64,000 bases of DNA from Patescibacteria group bacterium (GTDB taxonomy: Bacteria; Patescibacteriota; Patescibacteriia; GWA2-46-9), in contig JBAZXG010000005.1 of the NCBI GenBank assembly GCA_041660005.1, positions 4,064 through 68,063 of the forward strand, read 5' to 3'. Shown here piece after piece: positions 17,109 to 27,643 of this stretch (its first letter is position 1; every line of letters starts with the position of its first letter). Below the pieces are notes generated by a model. It was given only the letters and a program-made list of their open reading frames with translations. It ran no database searches and was not told the origin of the DNA. Both the position numbers and the translations under genes were made by a program.

Positions 17109-18881
17109 TTGTTTGACTATAATCAATGGTATACTTTAGATATGTTTACCGATAAACAGCTGGTAAAAATTCTAGATTCAACAGGAGCTTTTCCGTCGGC
17201 TGATATACAAAAATATAAAAGCGAAGCAGATGAGAAGCGCTTGCCATTAGAAAATTATCTCATCAGCAAACGGCTTATTTCAGAAGACAGTCTTTATGAA
17301 AACGCAGCTACGGTCTATAAAGTTCCCTTTATTAAACTCGGCGGCAAGCCCATTCGCAAGGATATTCTTTTTTTAGTACCGGAGCCGCTCGCCAAGCACT
17401 ATCAAATCATCGCCTATGACACTGAGGGCGACTCGATACTGAAGGTTGTTACCACTGATCCTGAAAACTTACAGGCCGTTGAATTTTTAAAGAAAAAAAC
17501 ACACCAGCAAATTGCGCTTTCGGTGACGACGCCTGATGAGTGGCAAGAACTGATGAAGCAGTACCACAAAAGTTTGCAAGCTGAATTTAGTGAACTAAGC
17601 AACAAACCGGAAAAGAAGGACGCCAAGGCTAGCATTAGTAAGGACTTGAAAGAACTTGCCGAAGATCTGCCCGTGATTCGCGTTGTCGACACCATACTCG
17701 AGTATGCCATATTCGAAGGCGCATCTGACATTCACATTGAGCCAGAAGAGCGTGATCTTAATGTACGCTACCGCATTGATGGTGTACTAAAAAATGTAAT
17801 GACTCTGCCGAAACCGGTTCAACCTGGCGTTATCGCGCGCATTAAGGTGCTATCAAACTTAAAACTTGACGAACACCGCATGCCCCAAGATGGTCGGTTC
17901 AAAATTGAAACAGAAGAATATAAAGTTGCTTTTCGTGTTTCCGTACTGCCGACGTTTGATGGTGAAAAAATTGTGCTGCGCCTACTTAACGAAGGTGGCC
18001 AAGTGCTTACGCTCGCCCAGCTCGGCATGCAACCCAAGGCGCTTGAGTTACTACAGAGTAATATCCAAAAACCACACGGCATGATTTTAGTTACTGGTCC
18101 TACGGGCTCCGGTAAAACAACGACGCTCTACACCGTGCTGAATGTACTTAATAAACCAGAGGTCAATATTTCCACAGTTGAAGATCCTGTTGAATACCGC
18201 ATGGAGCGCATTAACCAAAGCCAGGTTAATCCAAAAATTGGCTATACCTTTGCCATGGGTCTCCGTGCCCTACTCCGTCAGGACCCCAACATCATCATGG
18301 TCGGGGAAATTCGCGACCTAGAAACTGCAGAAATCGCCGTTAATGCCGCCATGACTGGGCATTTGTTGCTCTCAACACTGCACACCAATGACGCGGTTAC
18401 CGCCATTCCGCGCCTTTTCGACATGGGTATCCCCCCCTTCCTCGTCGCTTCAACCACCAATATGGTGATGGCACAACGTCTCGTGCGGCGCATTTGCACG
18501 CAATGCATCTCTAGCTACACGCTTGATCAGGCAGCGCTTGATGAACTACGCAAGCAGTTCAATCTGGATCTCATTCTTGAAGCACTGGTACGTCACGGCA
18601 GTGTTGCTAAAGGGACAAAAACATTCAATGACCTCCTTTTTTACCGCGGCAAAGGTTGCAAACAATGTAACAACGAGGGCTACAAGGGACGAATCGGCGT
18701 CTATGAGGTTCTCGACATCAACAAGGAGATTAACGATGCGATTTTGCGTAAAGCAGACCGAGAAGAACTGCAAGAACTTGCTCGCAAGCAAGGTATGACA
18801 ACAATTCTTGAAGACGGATTCTTGAAGGCAAAAGCAGGCATTACTTCGATCGAAGAGGTGCTCCGTGTTACTCAGGAATAA
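17109..18881 (+). CDS. pilB: Type IV pilus assembly ATPase PilB (GspE family)
   Basis: 590 aa. GspII_E N-domain, Walker A GPTGSGKTTT, Asp/His boxes and the tetracysteine motif CTQC...CKQC. An alternative start is 17142 (MFTDKQL). Confidence 0.9.
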   Translation: MFDYNQWYTLDMFTDKQLVKILDSTGAFPSADIQKYKSEADEKRLPLENYLISKRLISEDSLYENAATVYKVPFIKLGGKPIRKDILFLVPEPLAKHYQIIAYDTEGDSILKVVTTDPENLQAVEFLKKKTHQQIALSVTTPDEWQELMKQYHKSLQAEFSELSNKPEKKDAKASISKDLKELAEDLPVIRVVDTILEYAIFEGASDIHIEPEERDLNVRYRIDGVLKNVMTLPKPVQPGVIARIKVLSNLKLDEHRMPQDGRFKIETEEYKVAFRVSVLPTFDGEKIVLRLLNEGGQVLTLAQLGMQPKALELLQSNIQKPHGMILVTGPTGSGKTTTLYTVLNVLNKPEVNISTVEDPVEYRMERINQSQVNPKIGYTFAMGLRALLRQDPNIIMVGEIRDLETAEIAVNAAMTGHLLLSTLHTNDAVTAIPRLFDMGIPPFLVASTTNMVMAQRLVRRICTQCISSYTLDQAALDELRKQFNLDLILEALVRHGSVAKGTKTFNDLLFYRGKGCKQCNNEGYKGRIGVYEVLDINKEINDAILRKADREELQELARKQGMTTILEDGFLKAKAGITSIEEVLRVTQE

Positions 18882-18887
18882 ACCACT

Positions 18888-20003
18888 ATGCCACTAACCG
18901 CAGCTCAAGAGGTTACTGATGCGACGCAGCCAGCAGTAATCATTAAAAGGAAACGTTTACCCTGGCAGCGAATCAGTTCAAAAGATATTTTATTTTTGAC
19001 GCAGCAGTTAGAAATCATGGTTCACGCTGGTGTCCCTTTAACAAAAACACTGGAGACGCTGCAGGTACAAACAAAGAACAAGTACCTACACTTTGTCCTC
19101 GAAAGCGTTTCAGCAGATATTCAGCAAGGAAAAACTTTAGCTGACGCGCTAACTTCTTTCCAGAAAGACTTTGGTGAACTGATGATTAATATGATTGCCG
19201 CTGGTGAAGCAAGCGGTAGACTTGATGAAGTCTTGGCTCAGCTTTACTTACAAATGAAAAAAGACCACGAAATTGTGGCGCGCGTGCGCGGTGCGCTTAT
19301 TTATCCGGCAATTGTTGTAGCCGCCATGTTTGGCATCGGTACATTTATGATTGTTTTTATCGTTCCGAAACTAACGAGTCTCTTTACTGAGATGAGTGTT
19401 ACGCTTCCGCTACCGACGCGAATACTTATTGGCATGAGTAATTTTCTGACCAACCATGGGTTGCTGGCAGTTGGATTGTTTGTGGGTTTCATTATTGCCT
19501 TTACCTGGACCATTCATCAGCCATGGGGAAAGAAAGGCTGGCATAAACTACTTCTTTATACTCCTATTGTCGGCCCGATTATAAAAAAGGTTAACGTGGC
19601 GCGCTTTGCTCGCACCGTAAGCTCTTTTTTAAAGACCGATATTCCCGTTGTGAAAACGCTGCAAACGACGGCGCATGTTTTAGGAAATGTCTACTACAAA
19701 GAGGCGCTTCTCGATGCTGCTGAGAAAATTACGAAGGGTATTACGGTTGAAGAAGCGCTTCGCCCGCACAGTGCCCTCTTTAACCCAACGATACTGCAAA
19801 TGATTTCGGTCGGCGAACAGGCAGGGTCCTTAGACGACATGCTGGCTGAAGCTGCCGGCTTTTATGAATCTGAAGTAAACCAGACCATGGAAACATTACC
19901 ATCGCTTCTAGAGCCGATCCTTATGCTGCTCCTTGGTTTTGGTGTTGGCGGCATGGCTGTCGCTATCATTCTGCCGCTCTACACGCTTACGCAAGCGTTT
20001 TAA
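18888..20003 (+). CDS. pilC: Type IV pilus inner-membrane platform protein PilC (GspF family)
   Basis: 371 aa. Two GspF repeats and 3 TM segments. Confidence 0.85.
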   Translation: MPLTAAQEVTDATQPAVIIKRKRLPWQRISSKDILFLTQQLEIMVHAGVPLTKTLETLQVQTKNKYLHFVLESVSADIQQGKTLADALTSFQKDFGELMINMIAAGEASGRLDEVLAQLYLQMKKDHEIVARVRGALIYPAIVVAAMFGIGTFMIVFIVPKLTSLFTEMSVTLPLPTRILIGMSNFLTNHGLLAVGLFVGFIIAFTWTIHQPWGKKGWHKLLLYTPIVGPIIKKVNVARFARTVSSFLKTDIPVVKTLQTTAHVLGNVYYKEALLDAAEKITKGITVEEALRPHSALFNPTILQMISVGEQAGSLDDMLAEAAGFYESEVNQTMETLPSLLEPILMLLLGFGVGGMAVAIILPLYTLTQAF

Positions 20004-20006
20004 AAT

Positions 20007-21074
20007 ATGTCACTCTCTTTCACACTCTACACTCCCGAGCCGCCTGCCGCATTTGGCTTAGACCTATCTGATGACTCGCTCAAAATCGCTCAGTTAAGTA
20101 AGGCAAGAAAAATGACTGTTGTAGATATCCTTCACAAAGAAAGCCTACCAGCGGGCGCAATTGTCGATGGTGAAATTAAAAATGCCGATGCTGTGGCGAG
20201 TGTTTTGAAGCGCGTTTATGATGAGAACCGACGCATACTCGTTCCAAGCGTTGTTCTCTCACTACCCGAAACGCAAACATTCACTGCCACCATCCGAGTA
20301 GCCAAAAAAGATAACAAAACACTTTCAGAGCTGCTTACTGACGCGCTTGCTGAGTACCTACCCGACAGTATCGATAAGCTTTACTACAATACGCAAACTA
20401 TTGGCGAAGACAATGAGTCTTGGGATGTTCTTGTGGGGGCTGCTCCGCAAGCCCTAGTGCTGCCCTACCTGGATGTTGTGGAAAAAGCTGGCCTTACCAC
20501 TCTCGTTCTTGACATCGAAGCGCTCGCTACCGCCAACGCGCTCATTTCCAATAAATCTGATGCAGAAAAAACGCGCGCCATTATCAACCTCGGCAGTCGT
20601 CGTGCAAGTCTTATTCTCTACACCAAGGGTTCTGTACGATTTACGCTAAGTTTGCCAATATCTGGCGAAGCAGTAACCAAAGAGTTGCAAGAACAACTTG
20701 CCATCACGAGGGAGCAAGCCGAACAAACGAAGCGCCTCTGCGGTCTTGATGGAAAAAAGTGCGACGGCGTACTTCGGCAAGTGTTGGAACGTATGGTACA
20801 AAATTTACTTGACCGCATTGACGAAGGCAGAAAATATTACCGAGATCATCATCCCGGATCTTCCGAGATTGAAGAAATCATTCTCTCCGGCGGTGGCGCA
20901 CATTTAATTGGTCTTGATACAATACTAACTGAAGCCCTAAGTATTCCGGTACGCCTCGGCAACATCTGGGAAAATACATCTATTGTTCGACCACCGGAGG
21001 TTGAGTCACCGCTTAGCTTTGCTACGGTCATTGGCCTTGCAGAGCGTGCCCTCATTGAAGAAAAAAATCTATGA
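20007..21074 (+). CDS. pilM: Type IV pilus assembly protein PilM (actin-like)
   Basis: 355 aa with an FtsA/actin-like fold, encoded directly after pilC. Confidence 0.75.
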   Translation: MSLSFTLYTPEPPAAFGLDLSDDSLKIAQLSKARKMTVVDILHKESLPAGAIVDGEIKNADAVASVLKRVYDENRRILVPSVVLSLPETQTFTATIRVAKKDNKTLSELLTDALAEYLPDSIDKLYYNTQTIGEDNESWDVLVGAAPQALVLPYLDVVEKAGLTTLVLDIEALATANALISNKSDAEKTRAIINLGSRRASLILYTKGSVRFTLSLPISGEAVTKELQEQLAITREQAEQTKRLCGLDGKKCDGVLRQVLERMVQNLLDRIDEGRKYYRDHHPGSSEIEEIILSGGGAHLIGLDTILTEALSIPVRLGNIWENTSIVRPPEVESPLSFATVIGLAERALIEEKNL

Positions 21075-21613
21075 TGCTCACCCTTAATCTTATTCCGGAA
21101 TCAACAAAAGAGCATGTGCGCATGCTCCGACTCTACAGAATGCTGCGAACGTCCCTCGTTGTCGTGGCACTTTTTACTCTTATCATAGCCATTATTATCC
21201 TTATTGGTAGGCTTATCTTGCAACAACAATTTACCCGTATTGTTAACGAAACAACTCTGGTTACTACCAATAACCGAGCCGTTGAAACAAAAATTCGCGA
21301 CTTGAACAGCAAAGTTGGTACTGCAAAAAAGATTCTTGGCAGTACACACCCTTGGGCTGAGACTGTTTTTTCAATTTTAGAAATAATGCCAGGCGGAATA
21401 ACCATTGACTCGATTAGTTTGGACGCTGAAGGCAAAAGCACCATTAACGGAAAAGCGAAAACGCGAGACGAGCTTCTCGCTTTTAAAGCCGCGCTCGAGG
21501 CCGCACCCTATGCGACAAACGTGGGCCTACCAATTACCGATTTACTAAAACGGGAAGACGCCATATTTAGCATTAATTTTACACTCAAACCAGATGCGGT
21601 TTCCAAACGTTAA
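21071..21613 (+). CDS. pilN: PilN-like pilus assembly protein
   Basis: 180 aa with a single N-terminal TM and periplasmic domain. It overlaps pilM by 4 nt. Confidence 0.6.
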   Translation: MMLTLNLIPESTKEHVRMLRLYRMLRTSLVVVALFTLIIAIIILIGRLILQQQFTRIVNETTLVTTNNRAVETKIRDLNSKVGTAKKILGSTHPWAETVFSILEIMPGGITIDSISLDAEGKSTINGKAKTRDELLAFKAALEAAPYATNVGLPITDLLKREDAIFSINFTLKPDAVSKR

Positions 21614-22172
21614 ACTTAAACGACAAAACGTAACGATGTTACTTTTTACCGGGACCATACTATTGGTGCCGTTAGGTATCATTATTCCTAATGTACTTGA
21701 AATTCGATCAACTGCTCACGCCATATACAGCCAGTATGACTTTTTAGAAGAAAGAAACCGGCTCGGCTACGACATCAAAAAGGCCAGTCGCGACTACACT
21801 GAAGCACTCCCCCGTATTAAGGAGCTCACGTCACTGTCTTTACCTGAAGGTGATGAGCTGACGTTTATTACTGCAACTGAATCATTGGCGGACAAAAATG
21901 GCGTATCAGTAACACTTAACCTACTAACAGACAAAGCAGTTAAGGGTAAGACTGGCCAACTACCGTTCACTCTTCGCGTTGAAGGTACATTTGCGAACGT
22001 CATGGGCTACATTGGTGCATTACGCACACTGCCCATGGCAACAAGTATCAACAGGATCAATATTGGTAAAAAGGTTACTTCTACCCGCGAGCAGCAAAGC
22101 GTAACCAGTAATGCAGTTGCTGTAACCATGGAGGGGTTTGTTTACCGATCACCGGTTGCAACCGCGAACTAA
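21594..22172 (+). CDS. pilO: PilO-like pilus assembly protein
   Basis: 192 aa with an N-terminal TM and periplasmic coiled-coil/ferredoxin-like region. The call rests on position after pilN. Confidence 0.5.
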   Translation: MRFPNVKLKRQNVTMLLFTGTILLVPLGIIIPNVLEIRSTAHAIYSQYDFLEERNRLGYDIKKASRDYTEALPRIKELTSLSLPEGDELTFITATESLADKNGVSVTLNLLTDKAVKGKTGQLPFTLRVEGTFANVMGYIGALRTLPMATSINRINIGKKVTSTREQQSVTSNAVAVTMEGFVYRSPVATAN

Positions 22173-22177
22173 AAACT

Positions 22178-22528
22178 ATGAAATTAAAACTGCCCATAAC
22201 TTATATTGTTCGCTACGGTTATGCGTTTATTGTTACGTTAATGTGTTTAATATTTGCTGCAATTTTGTGGTTTATCTACGGGAATGTTTACGTACCACTC
22301 ACCCAGGCAACATTTCTCGCAGAACTACAAGCCCGGGTGGCCCTCATTAGTGTTAATAAAAAAGACCTAAAAGATGTTCTAGACGCTATGAGCATAAACG
22401 CCAAACCCACTGCTATCGACTGGTCTAGCGCGAGAAACCCGTTTATAATTGAGCCCGCAGTGCTGTCACCCGTTGCAACAGATAGCCAAAACCCTGCAGT
22501 CAACGCTGCCAAACAGCCGACACAGTAA
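22178..22528 (+). CDS. Hypothetical membrane protein (PilP-like position)
   Basis: 116 aa with an N-terminal TM, the last gene of the pil operon. Confidence 0.4.
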   Translation: MKLKLPITYIVRYGYAFIVTLMCLIFAAILWFIYGNVYVPLTQATFLAELQARVALISVNKKDLKDVLDAMSINAKPTAIDWSSARNPFIIEPAVLSPVATDSQNPAVNAAKQPTQ

Positions 22529-22598
22529 TCTTGACTCACGTACACTATCCTGCTATAGTCTTCTCTACGTGATTCCTAATATTAATTAGCCCACCTCT

Positions 22599-22880
22599 AT
22601 GGCACATAAGAAGGCCGGCGGATCTACATCCCTCGGCAGAGATTCGCAAGGACAACGACTTGGAGTAAAAGTTTCCGATGGCATGCTTGCTACGGCAGGC
22701 AGCATTATTATACGACAACGCGGTACACACATTCGAGCGGGTGCCAATGTTGGTCGTGGCGTCGACGACAGTCTTTATGCTAAGGTTGCCGGTATTGTTA
22801 AGTTTTCTGCCAAGAAAATCCGCACCTACACTGGCCAACTCAAACGCGCTGGATTTGTTACGGTTATACCGAAAGAGTAG
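22599..22880 (+). CDS. rpmA: 50S ribosomal protein L27
   Basis: [28 protein letters not shown]...[17 protein letters not shown] is canonical L27. It is 93 aa with a short C-terminal extension. Confidence 0.95.
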   Translation: MAHKKAGGSTSLGRDSQGQRLGVKVSDGMLATAGSIIIRQRGTHIRAGANVGRGVDDSLYAKVAGIVKFSAKKIRTYTGQLKRAGFVTVIPKE

Positions 22881-22902
22881 ATTGCATTAAACCATTTATT
22901 TC

Positions 22903-22932
22903 AAAAACAGCCCCTAGAAGGGCTGTTTTTGT
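22903..22932. terminator. Bidirectional rho-independent terminator
   Basis: ACAGCCC-CTAGAA-GGGCTGT hairpin with A-run upstream and T-run downstream. It serves rpmA (+) and the convergent 22960..23871 gene (-). Confidence 0.7.
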
Positions 22933-22959
22933 TATAAAACGTTCTAACAAATGAATGAA

Positions 22960-23871
22960 TCAACTTAAATGCTCCCTCTCGCTAGCTTCCATTTTGTGCA
23001 AAACGCTTGGGGAGGCCGCATCATAAGCTCTAGATTGATATTTATATCTCACTGATTCTCTACGTTTTTCCTGTAGAACGCGCAAAGCCCTTGCCAAAAG
23101 AAGCATGTCTCCACGATTGTTTTCTTGAACCTCGTCATTCATAGTACCCTCTACTCCCTGCTTGGCGTTAGTCTCTGCTGCCTCAGCTAAAACTTCTCCC
23201 GTATGTTGAATCAGTAGATCAATTCGACTTTGGTATTTGAGCATTTCCATTTTATCACGAGGAGGCCCACCTTTTGCTTCAAGTTCATTCAGAAAATATT
23301 GAACATCCAAAAGAGAAGCTATGCACGCCCCTTGCTTTGGTAATTCAGCATGCCTAATTGACGCACTGGCGTAGTTTGGCTCTGCGTCATCCGGATACAT
23401 CTTATCCATGAGTCGCGTAAACAGGTTTTCCGCAGCTTGGTAACGCTTTTGCGCTACTGCTTGTTCTCTCTTCGTACTGTTGTCGATGTTGTCGGCGGCG
23501 GCGTTCTCTTCCTGTCTGCCAAACCCTGAACGCGCCATTTCAAAACCAAGCATCGCAGCACCAGGTGCCAATTGGTTACGAACTTCATCGCCCTCTCCAA
23601 TTGCTAGTGTTTCTCTAAGATACTTGGTTATTAGAGGGCCCTGTTCCTGCAACATAAGAACTAAATGTTGGTCATCCGGCTCAAGTGCCATTTCTCCAAA
23701 AACAATACCTAAATTGCGTACTGTTTCGACATTTCTCTGGTCTTTCGCTTTCGCAGCAGCCGCAGCATCGACGTGCATAGTCACGGCTCTACTCTTGTCG
23801 GCATTACCATGCGCATCGCGTGTAACACCAACTAAATGTTCTTCAGGTATAAATCGTTCTTCCATAGTCAT
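22960..23871 (-). CDS. Hypothetical protein (soluble, predicted all-alpha)
   Basis: 303-aa ORF with ordinary codon usage and no recognisable motifs. Confidence 0.5.
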   Translation of the reverse strand: MTMEERFIPEEHLVGVTRDAHGNADKSRAVTMHVDAAAAAKAKDQRNVETVRNLGIVFGEMALEPDDQHLVLMLQEQGPLITKYLRETLAIGEGDEVRNQLAPGAAMLGFEMARSGFGRQEENAAADNIDNSTKREQAVAQKRYQAAENLFTRLMDKMYPDDAEPNYASASIRHAELPKQGACIASLLDVQYFLNELEAKGGPPRDKMEMLKYQSRIDLLIQHTGEVLAEAAETNAKQGVEGTMNDEVQENNRGDMLLLARALRVLQEKRRESVRYKYQSRAYDAASPSVLHKMEASEREHLS

Positions 23872-23911
23872 TAAAATAACACTTAAAGCGTACCACGATG
23901 CCGAAAATCGA

Positions 23912-24688
23912 TCAAAAAATCTGCGTCAAGTAATCTACCACTTTTGGTTTGCCGCATATGATATTGTGCTTCATTTTTCCGTCCGTCGACTGCGTTCTTT
24001 TGGTTGTTACGAATTTTCCTCCAGCCTCTTCAATAATAATCTGAGTAGCAGCGACATCCCAGTCATTTATATGAAAATCAACCATGGCGCCGACCGCACC
24101 CTTTGCGGCTAACGTATGACCAAAGCAGTCCGGAATTGTCCGCACGAGCTGATGTTTAGACAACAAGTTATTGTAAGCATCCATAGTACCGGATAACTCA
24201 AATTGCTTTAAGTCACCGGTCGCAATAATTTCTCGACTCAATTCGCTTAGAGAACCAATATCTTTCATAGTAATCCTTGTTTCGTTACAAAATGTGCCTA
24301 AACCCTTTGCTGCGTAATAACAAAGATCGAGTCCAGGATGGTCGATAATTCCCACTAACGGAATATCGTTTTGATAAAGCGCCAAAATAGTCCCATAAAG
24401 AGGTATGCCGTGACTAAAACTGATGGTTCCGTCTATTGGGTCGATATACCACTTAAATTCAGCATTTTGATTTATAACCCCAAACTCCTCACCGACGATA
24501 GAATGCGTTGGAAATTTTTTTTCAATTTCATTGCGTACGAGTTGCTCGGTTTCTCGGTCCACCTCAGTTACCGGCGAATCGTCATCTTTTATAGATACAC
24601 TAAAACCCGTTACGCTTTTTTGTTTAATCAGAGCTCGGGATTTAATTACCGTTTGCAACCCAAAATCTAAAAATGTTTGTGTATTCAT
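23912..24688 (-). CDS. Inositol monophosphatase family protein
   Basis: 258 aa. IMPase motifs WYIDPIDGT and the metal-binding DxxDGT pattern. Confidence 0.8.
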   Translation of the reverse strand: MNTQTFLDFGLQTVIKSRALIKQKSVTGFSVSIKDDDSPVTEVDRETEQLVRNEIEKKFPTHSIVGEEFGVINQNAEFKWYIDPIDGTISFSHGIPLYGTILALYQNDIPLVGIIDHPGLDLCYYAAKGLGTFCNETRITMKDIGSLSELSREIIATGDLKQFELSGTMDAYNNLLSKHQLVRTIPDCFGHTLAAKGAVGAMVDFHINDWDVAATQIIIEEAGGKFVTTKRTQSTDGKMKHNIICGKPKVVDYLTQIF

Positions 24689-24697
24689 ATATCAAAA

Positions 24698-25411
24698 TTA
24701 TTCTTCAGAAAGCGGCTTATGAATCAAAAAATAAGGGCCCGTAATTTCTGAAGCAATTTCAATACTACAGTGAAGTTCTCTTGCAAGTTTCTTTACGGCA
24801 AGAGAAATTTCCCATTTTTTTTGCGGTTTTCCTTGAAAAAAATCAGCCGTTCCATCCGATTGAAACGGTCTTTCCAAAAAAACATACCCACCTGGCTTGA
24901 GTATAGCCACAGCCGCCCTAAGCCTTTTTTCAAGCTGACCGTATACTACTTCCCTATAGCGAGGGTTATGTTTCAAATTTAAACGTGGGTCATAGCTCTG
25001 TAAACCTACAACGGGCTCAAAAGTTACAAGTGCCGGAGCGACATTTTCTTGCTTTAATCGTTCTAACAAGTTTGAAAAGTCCGCATTGCTAAAAATATCA
25101 CCATCAATGAAAACATCGTTTGGCCTTACGACTCTTCTAGATTCTGGTGTCTTCAGAGAAAAACAATAGGATTTATCGGCGCCTAATTTTTCAGCCGTTG
25201 CACGACCGCAAATGTCGACATGCACGACTTCTTCGTTGCTTCCATGAAGTGCTTGAAAGTACGTTGTTATTTGTTCTCTCCACTTTGGAAGCAAGGCAAA
25301 ATATTCAGACGCATCACGCCTGTCCAAATTGTAGTAATCGTGGGATTGTTGACCCGCAGAAGTTTCTTTCTGAAACTCTACCGCCTCACGAACTTGTTTG
25401 AATTTACCCAT
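24698..25411 (-). CDS. Hypothetical protein, possible SAM-dependent methyltransferase-like fold
   Basis: 237 aa. Degenerate motif I VVHVDICGRATAEKLG and post-I motif ILKPGGYVFLE. The assignment is weak. Confidence 0.3.
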   Translation of the reverse strand: MGKFKQVREAVEFQKETSAGQQSHDYYNLDRRDASEYFALLPKWREQITTYFQALHGSNEEVVHVDICGRATAEKLGADKSYCFSLKTPESRRVVRPNDVFIDGDIFSNADFSNLLERLKQENVAPALVTFEPVVGLQSYDPRLNLKHNPRYREVVYGQLEKRLRAAVAILKPGGYVFLERPFQSDGTADFFQGKPQKKWEISLAVKKLARELHCSIEIASEITGPYFLIHKPLSEE

Positions 25412-25516
25412 ATACTACTAACGTAACTATACTCTTTTATGATCCCTTTAGGTAAATGTTATCTTGAGATCAATATTTTTCCACTTTCTAAGCATAAGCG
25501 TGTCTATACTATTCTA

Positions 25517-26365
25517 TTAAGTTCCGTACCTTGTTAATGCTGCATCGACTGATGCTCTTTTGATAGAAATGAACACGCCTACTGCCATAATTGCAATACC
25601 AACAAGTTGGTAGAATGACAGGCTTTCATTAAAAAACCCAACCAAGAAAATCAGGCTAAATAGCGGAAAGGTCATAACGAGGGATATTGCCTTTGATATA
25701 TCAAGACGTTTAAGCCCTTCATACCATACTACTTTTCCTACACCTAACAAAATAAAGCCCGTGAACAAAATAAGTTTCCAGTGAACTAGTACCAACTCAA
25801 GCACATTTGAGTGCGGCTCTATAACAAGTGACAAAGCAAGGAGAAGCAATCCACCAATTAAAAAACGAATAAAAAGAATGATTGCGGGAGAAACAAAATT
25901 CAAAGCTTTTTTTGCATAAAAATTGCCTATTGGGAATGTAGCAGTACTCACGATAACGAGTAGGTCACCCGTATTTAAACCGAATTTCCCGTTATATAAA
26001 ATGAACGAGGCACCAATTAAAACTCCCATGGCGCCGAGAAGTTTATTGATGGTCGTTTCTTCTCCTATGAAGGGAGTGTAAAGGAGTGTAAAAATAATTT
26101 CAGAAAGCAAAAGTAGTGAAGAGTTAACGCCAGAGGTTTTACTGGCACCTACGAAAAATAACGTGTAAGGAATAACAACAATGCAAAGCGTAATCATTGC
26201 CAAAGATGCGTAAGACTTTCGATTACCTAGCTCATGGAGCTTGCCTTTAAGGATTGCATAGACAAAAGAACCGCAGGCGGCAAGCAGCGTCGTAATTGCA
26301 GCGAACATGATTGGAGGAATACTTTGTGCTCCGCGGTTAACGAGCACAGGAAACATGCCCGCCAT
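25517..26365 (-). CDS. EamA/DMT family transporter
   Basis: About 10 TM helices with the two-EamA-repeat pattern. The start is uncertain: the track ORF extends to 26518 but would overlap crcB, and M at 26365 is the first in-frame ATG clear of it. Confidence 0.65.
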   Translation of the reverse strand: MAGMFPVLVNRGAQSIPPIMFAAITTLLAACGSFVYAILKGKLHELGNRKSYASLAMITLCIVVIPYTLFFVGASKTSGVNSSLLLLSEIIFTLLYTPFIGEETTINKLLGAMGVLIGASFILYNGKFGLNTGDLLVIVSTATFPIGNFYAKKALNFVSPAIILFIRFLIGGLLLLALSLVIEPHSNVLELVLVHWKLILFTGFILLGVGKVVWYEGLKRLDISKAISLVMTFPLFSLIFLVGFFNESLSFYQLVGIAIMAVGVFISIKRASVDAALTRYGT

Positions 26366-26427
26366 CGCCGCGGCAATGAAAGCAAAAATGACGCCTACAT
26401 TTTCCTGCTTTTTCGACACACTAATGA

Positions 26428-26817
26428 TCAAATTTTTTTCACGACTAATATATAACCTAAAGACGCTAGTGCTATACCACCCGCAACACTCAGAAAAATA
26501 TTTCCGACAAAAAACCAATAATGCTTTTCGACAAGTAACTGAAAACTATCCTGACTAAAAGTGGAAAATGTTGTAAACGCCCCAAGAAAACCGGTTATAA
26601 AAAGATAATGACTAAACGACCCTCTGCTTAAAATGTTATATTTGACGCTTAAACCCAAGGCGATGCCAATAAGTAAGCTACCAACTAAATTTACAACTAA
26701 TGTGCCAAATGGAAAGTCGGTACGATGATAGGAACGATCATCAATCATAAAAACAAAATAGCGGCTTATTGCACCAAGAAACCCGCCAACTCCAATGGCT
26801 AAGAGATTCATGATCAT
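26428..26817 (-). CDS. crcB: Fluoride ion channel CrcB/FluC
   Basis: 129 aa, 4 TM. CrcB signature LAIGVGGFLGAISRYFV. Confidence 0.85.
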   Translation of the reverse strand: MIMNLLAIGVGGFLGAISRYFVFMIDDRSYHRTDFPFGTLVVNLVGSLLIGIALGLSVKYNILSRGSFSHYLFITGFLGAFTTFSTFSQDSFQLLVEKHYWFFVGNIFLSVAGGIALASLGYILVVKKI

Positions 26818-27605
26818 AGAACCCGACTTTGTTTTTTATCTCTGAACAACTGCTGCATCTTTCTCGCAGCTTTTTTAGAAAACAATGCGAGACTCACTGG
26901 CGTGACTGAAATTCTTCCTGCGGCTAATGCTCCTAAATCTGTTCCCGACTTTGCAATAGAAAAATTTATCGGCGGAGATATGAGTGTATACTTGCCGCCG
27001 ACTTTATGAAACAACTTTCCATATGAGTCCCGGTGTGGGCTGGTAATCTCTATTTCAGTGTCGACCCCTGCCTGGTAGGGAATATTTACTGACAGCAAGT
27101 CAACACTTTCTCCAAAGGGTTCATCAATAAACATTTTGACTATGCTAGCTGTAATAATAGCAGCATTATCAAAAATCGTTTTATCAACATCTCGGCTTCT
27201 TACTCCTTCTGGTATGTGCATAGATACTGATAGCGATTTTACTCCATTGACTGATGCTTCCATTGCGGCGCCGACAGTTCCAGAGCTCAAAATCCGACCA
27301 TGCCCAGTATTTAGCCCCTTATTTATTCCCGAAACAACTAATCTGGGTTTATCGTTAAGTACATCATATAAACCAATTTGCACACAGTCCGCTGGCGTGC
27401 CATTTAATGAGTAGATTTGAAATTCACTAAGAGTACGCTGTACGAGCGAAAGAGGGGTTGACCGCGACAATGATTTTCCAATCCAACTTTGCTCAGTCGA
27501 CGGTGCGACTGTTTCAACAGAAAAATGTTTAGATAGTTCCCTTAGCAACGGATAAAACGCGATCGAACTATATCCGTCGTCGTTCGTTAATAATATATCA
27601 ACCAC
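26814..27605 (-). CDS. surE: 5'/3'-nucleotidase SurE
   Basis: 263 aa. N-terminal ILLTNDDGYSS, the SurE catalytic motif. Confidence 0.85.
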   Translation of the reverse strand: MVDILLTNDDGYSSIAFYPLLRELSKHFSVETVAPSTEQSWIGKSLSRSTPLSLVQRTLSEFQIYSLNGTPADCVQIGLYDVLNDKPRLVVSGINKGLNTGHGRILSSGTVGAAMEASVNGVKSLSVSMHIPEGVRSRDVDKTIFDNAAIITASIVKMFIDEPFGESVDLLSVNIPYQAGVDTEIEITSPHRDSYGKLFHKVGGKYTLISPPINFSIAKSGTDLGALAAGRISVTPVSLALFSKKAARKMQQLFRDKKQSRVL

Positions 27606-27643
27606 AAAACGGTTCTAAAAAAATATTGCCAACGCTCAAAAAC

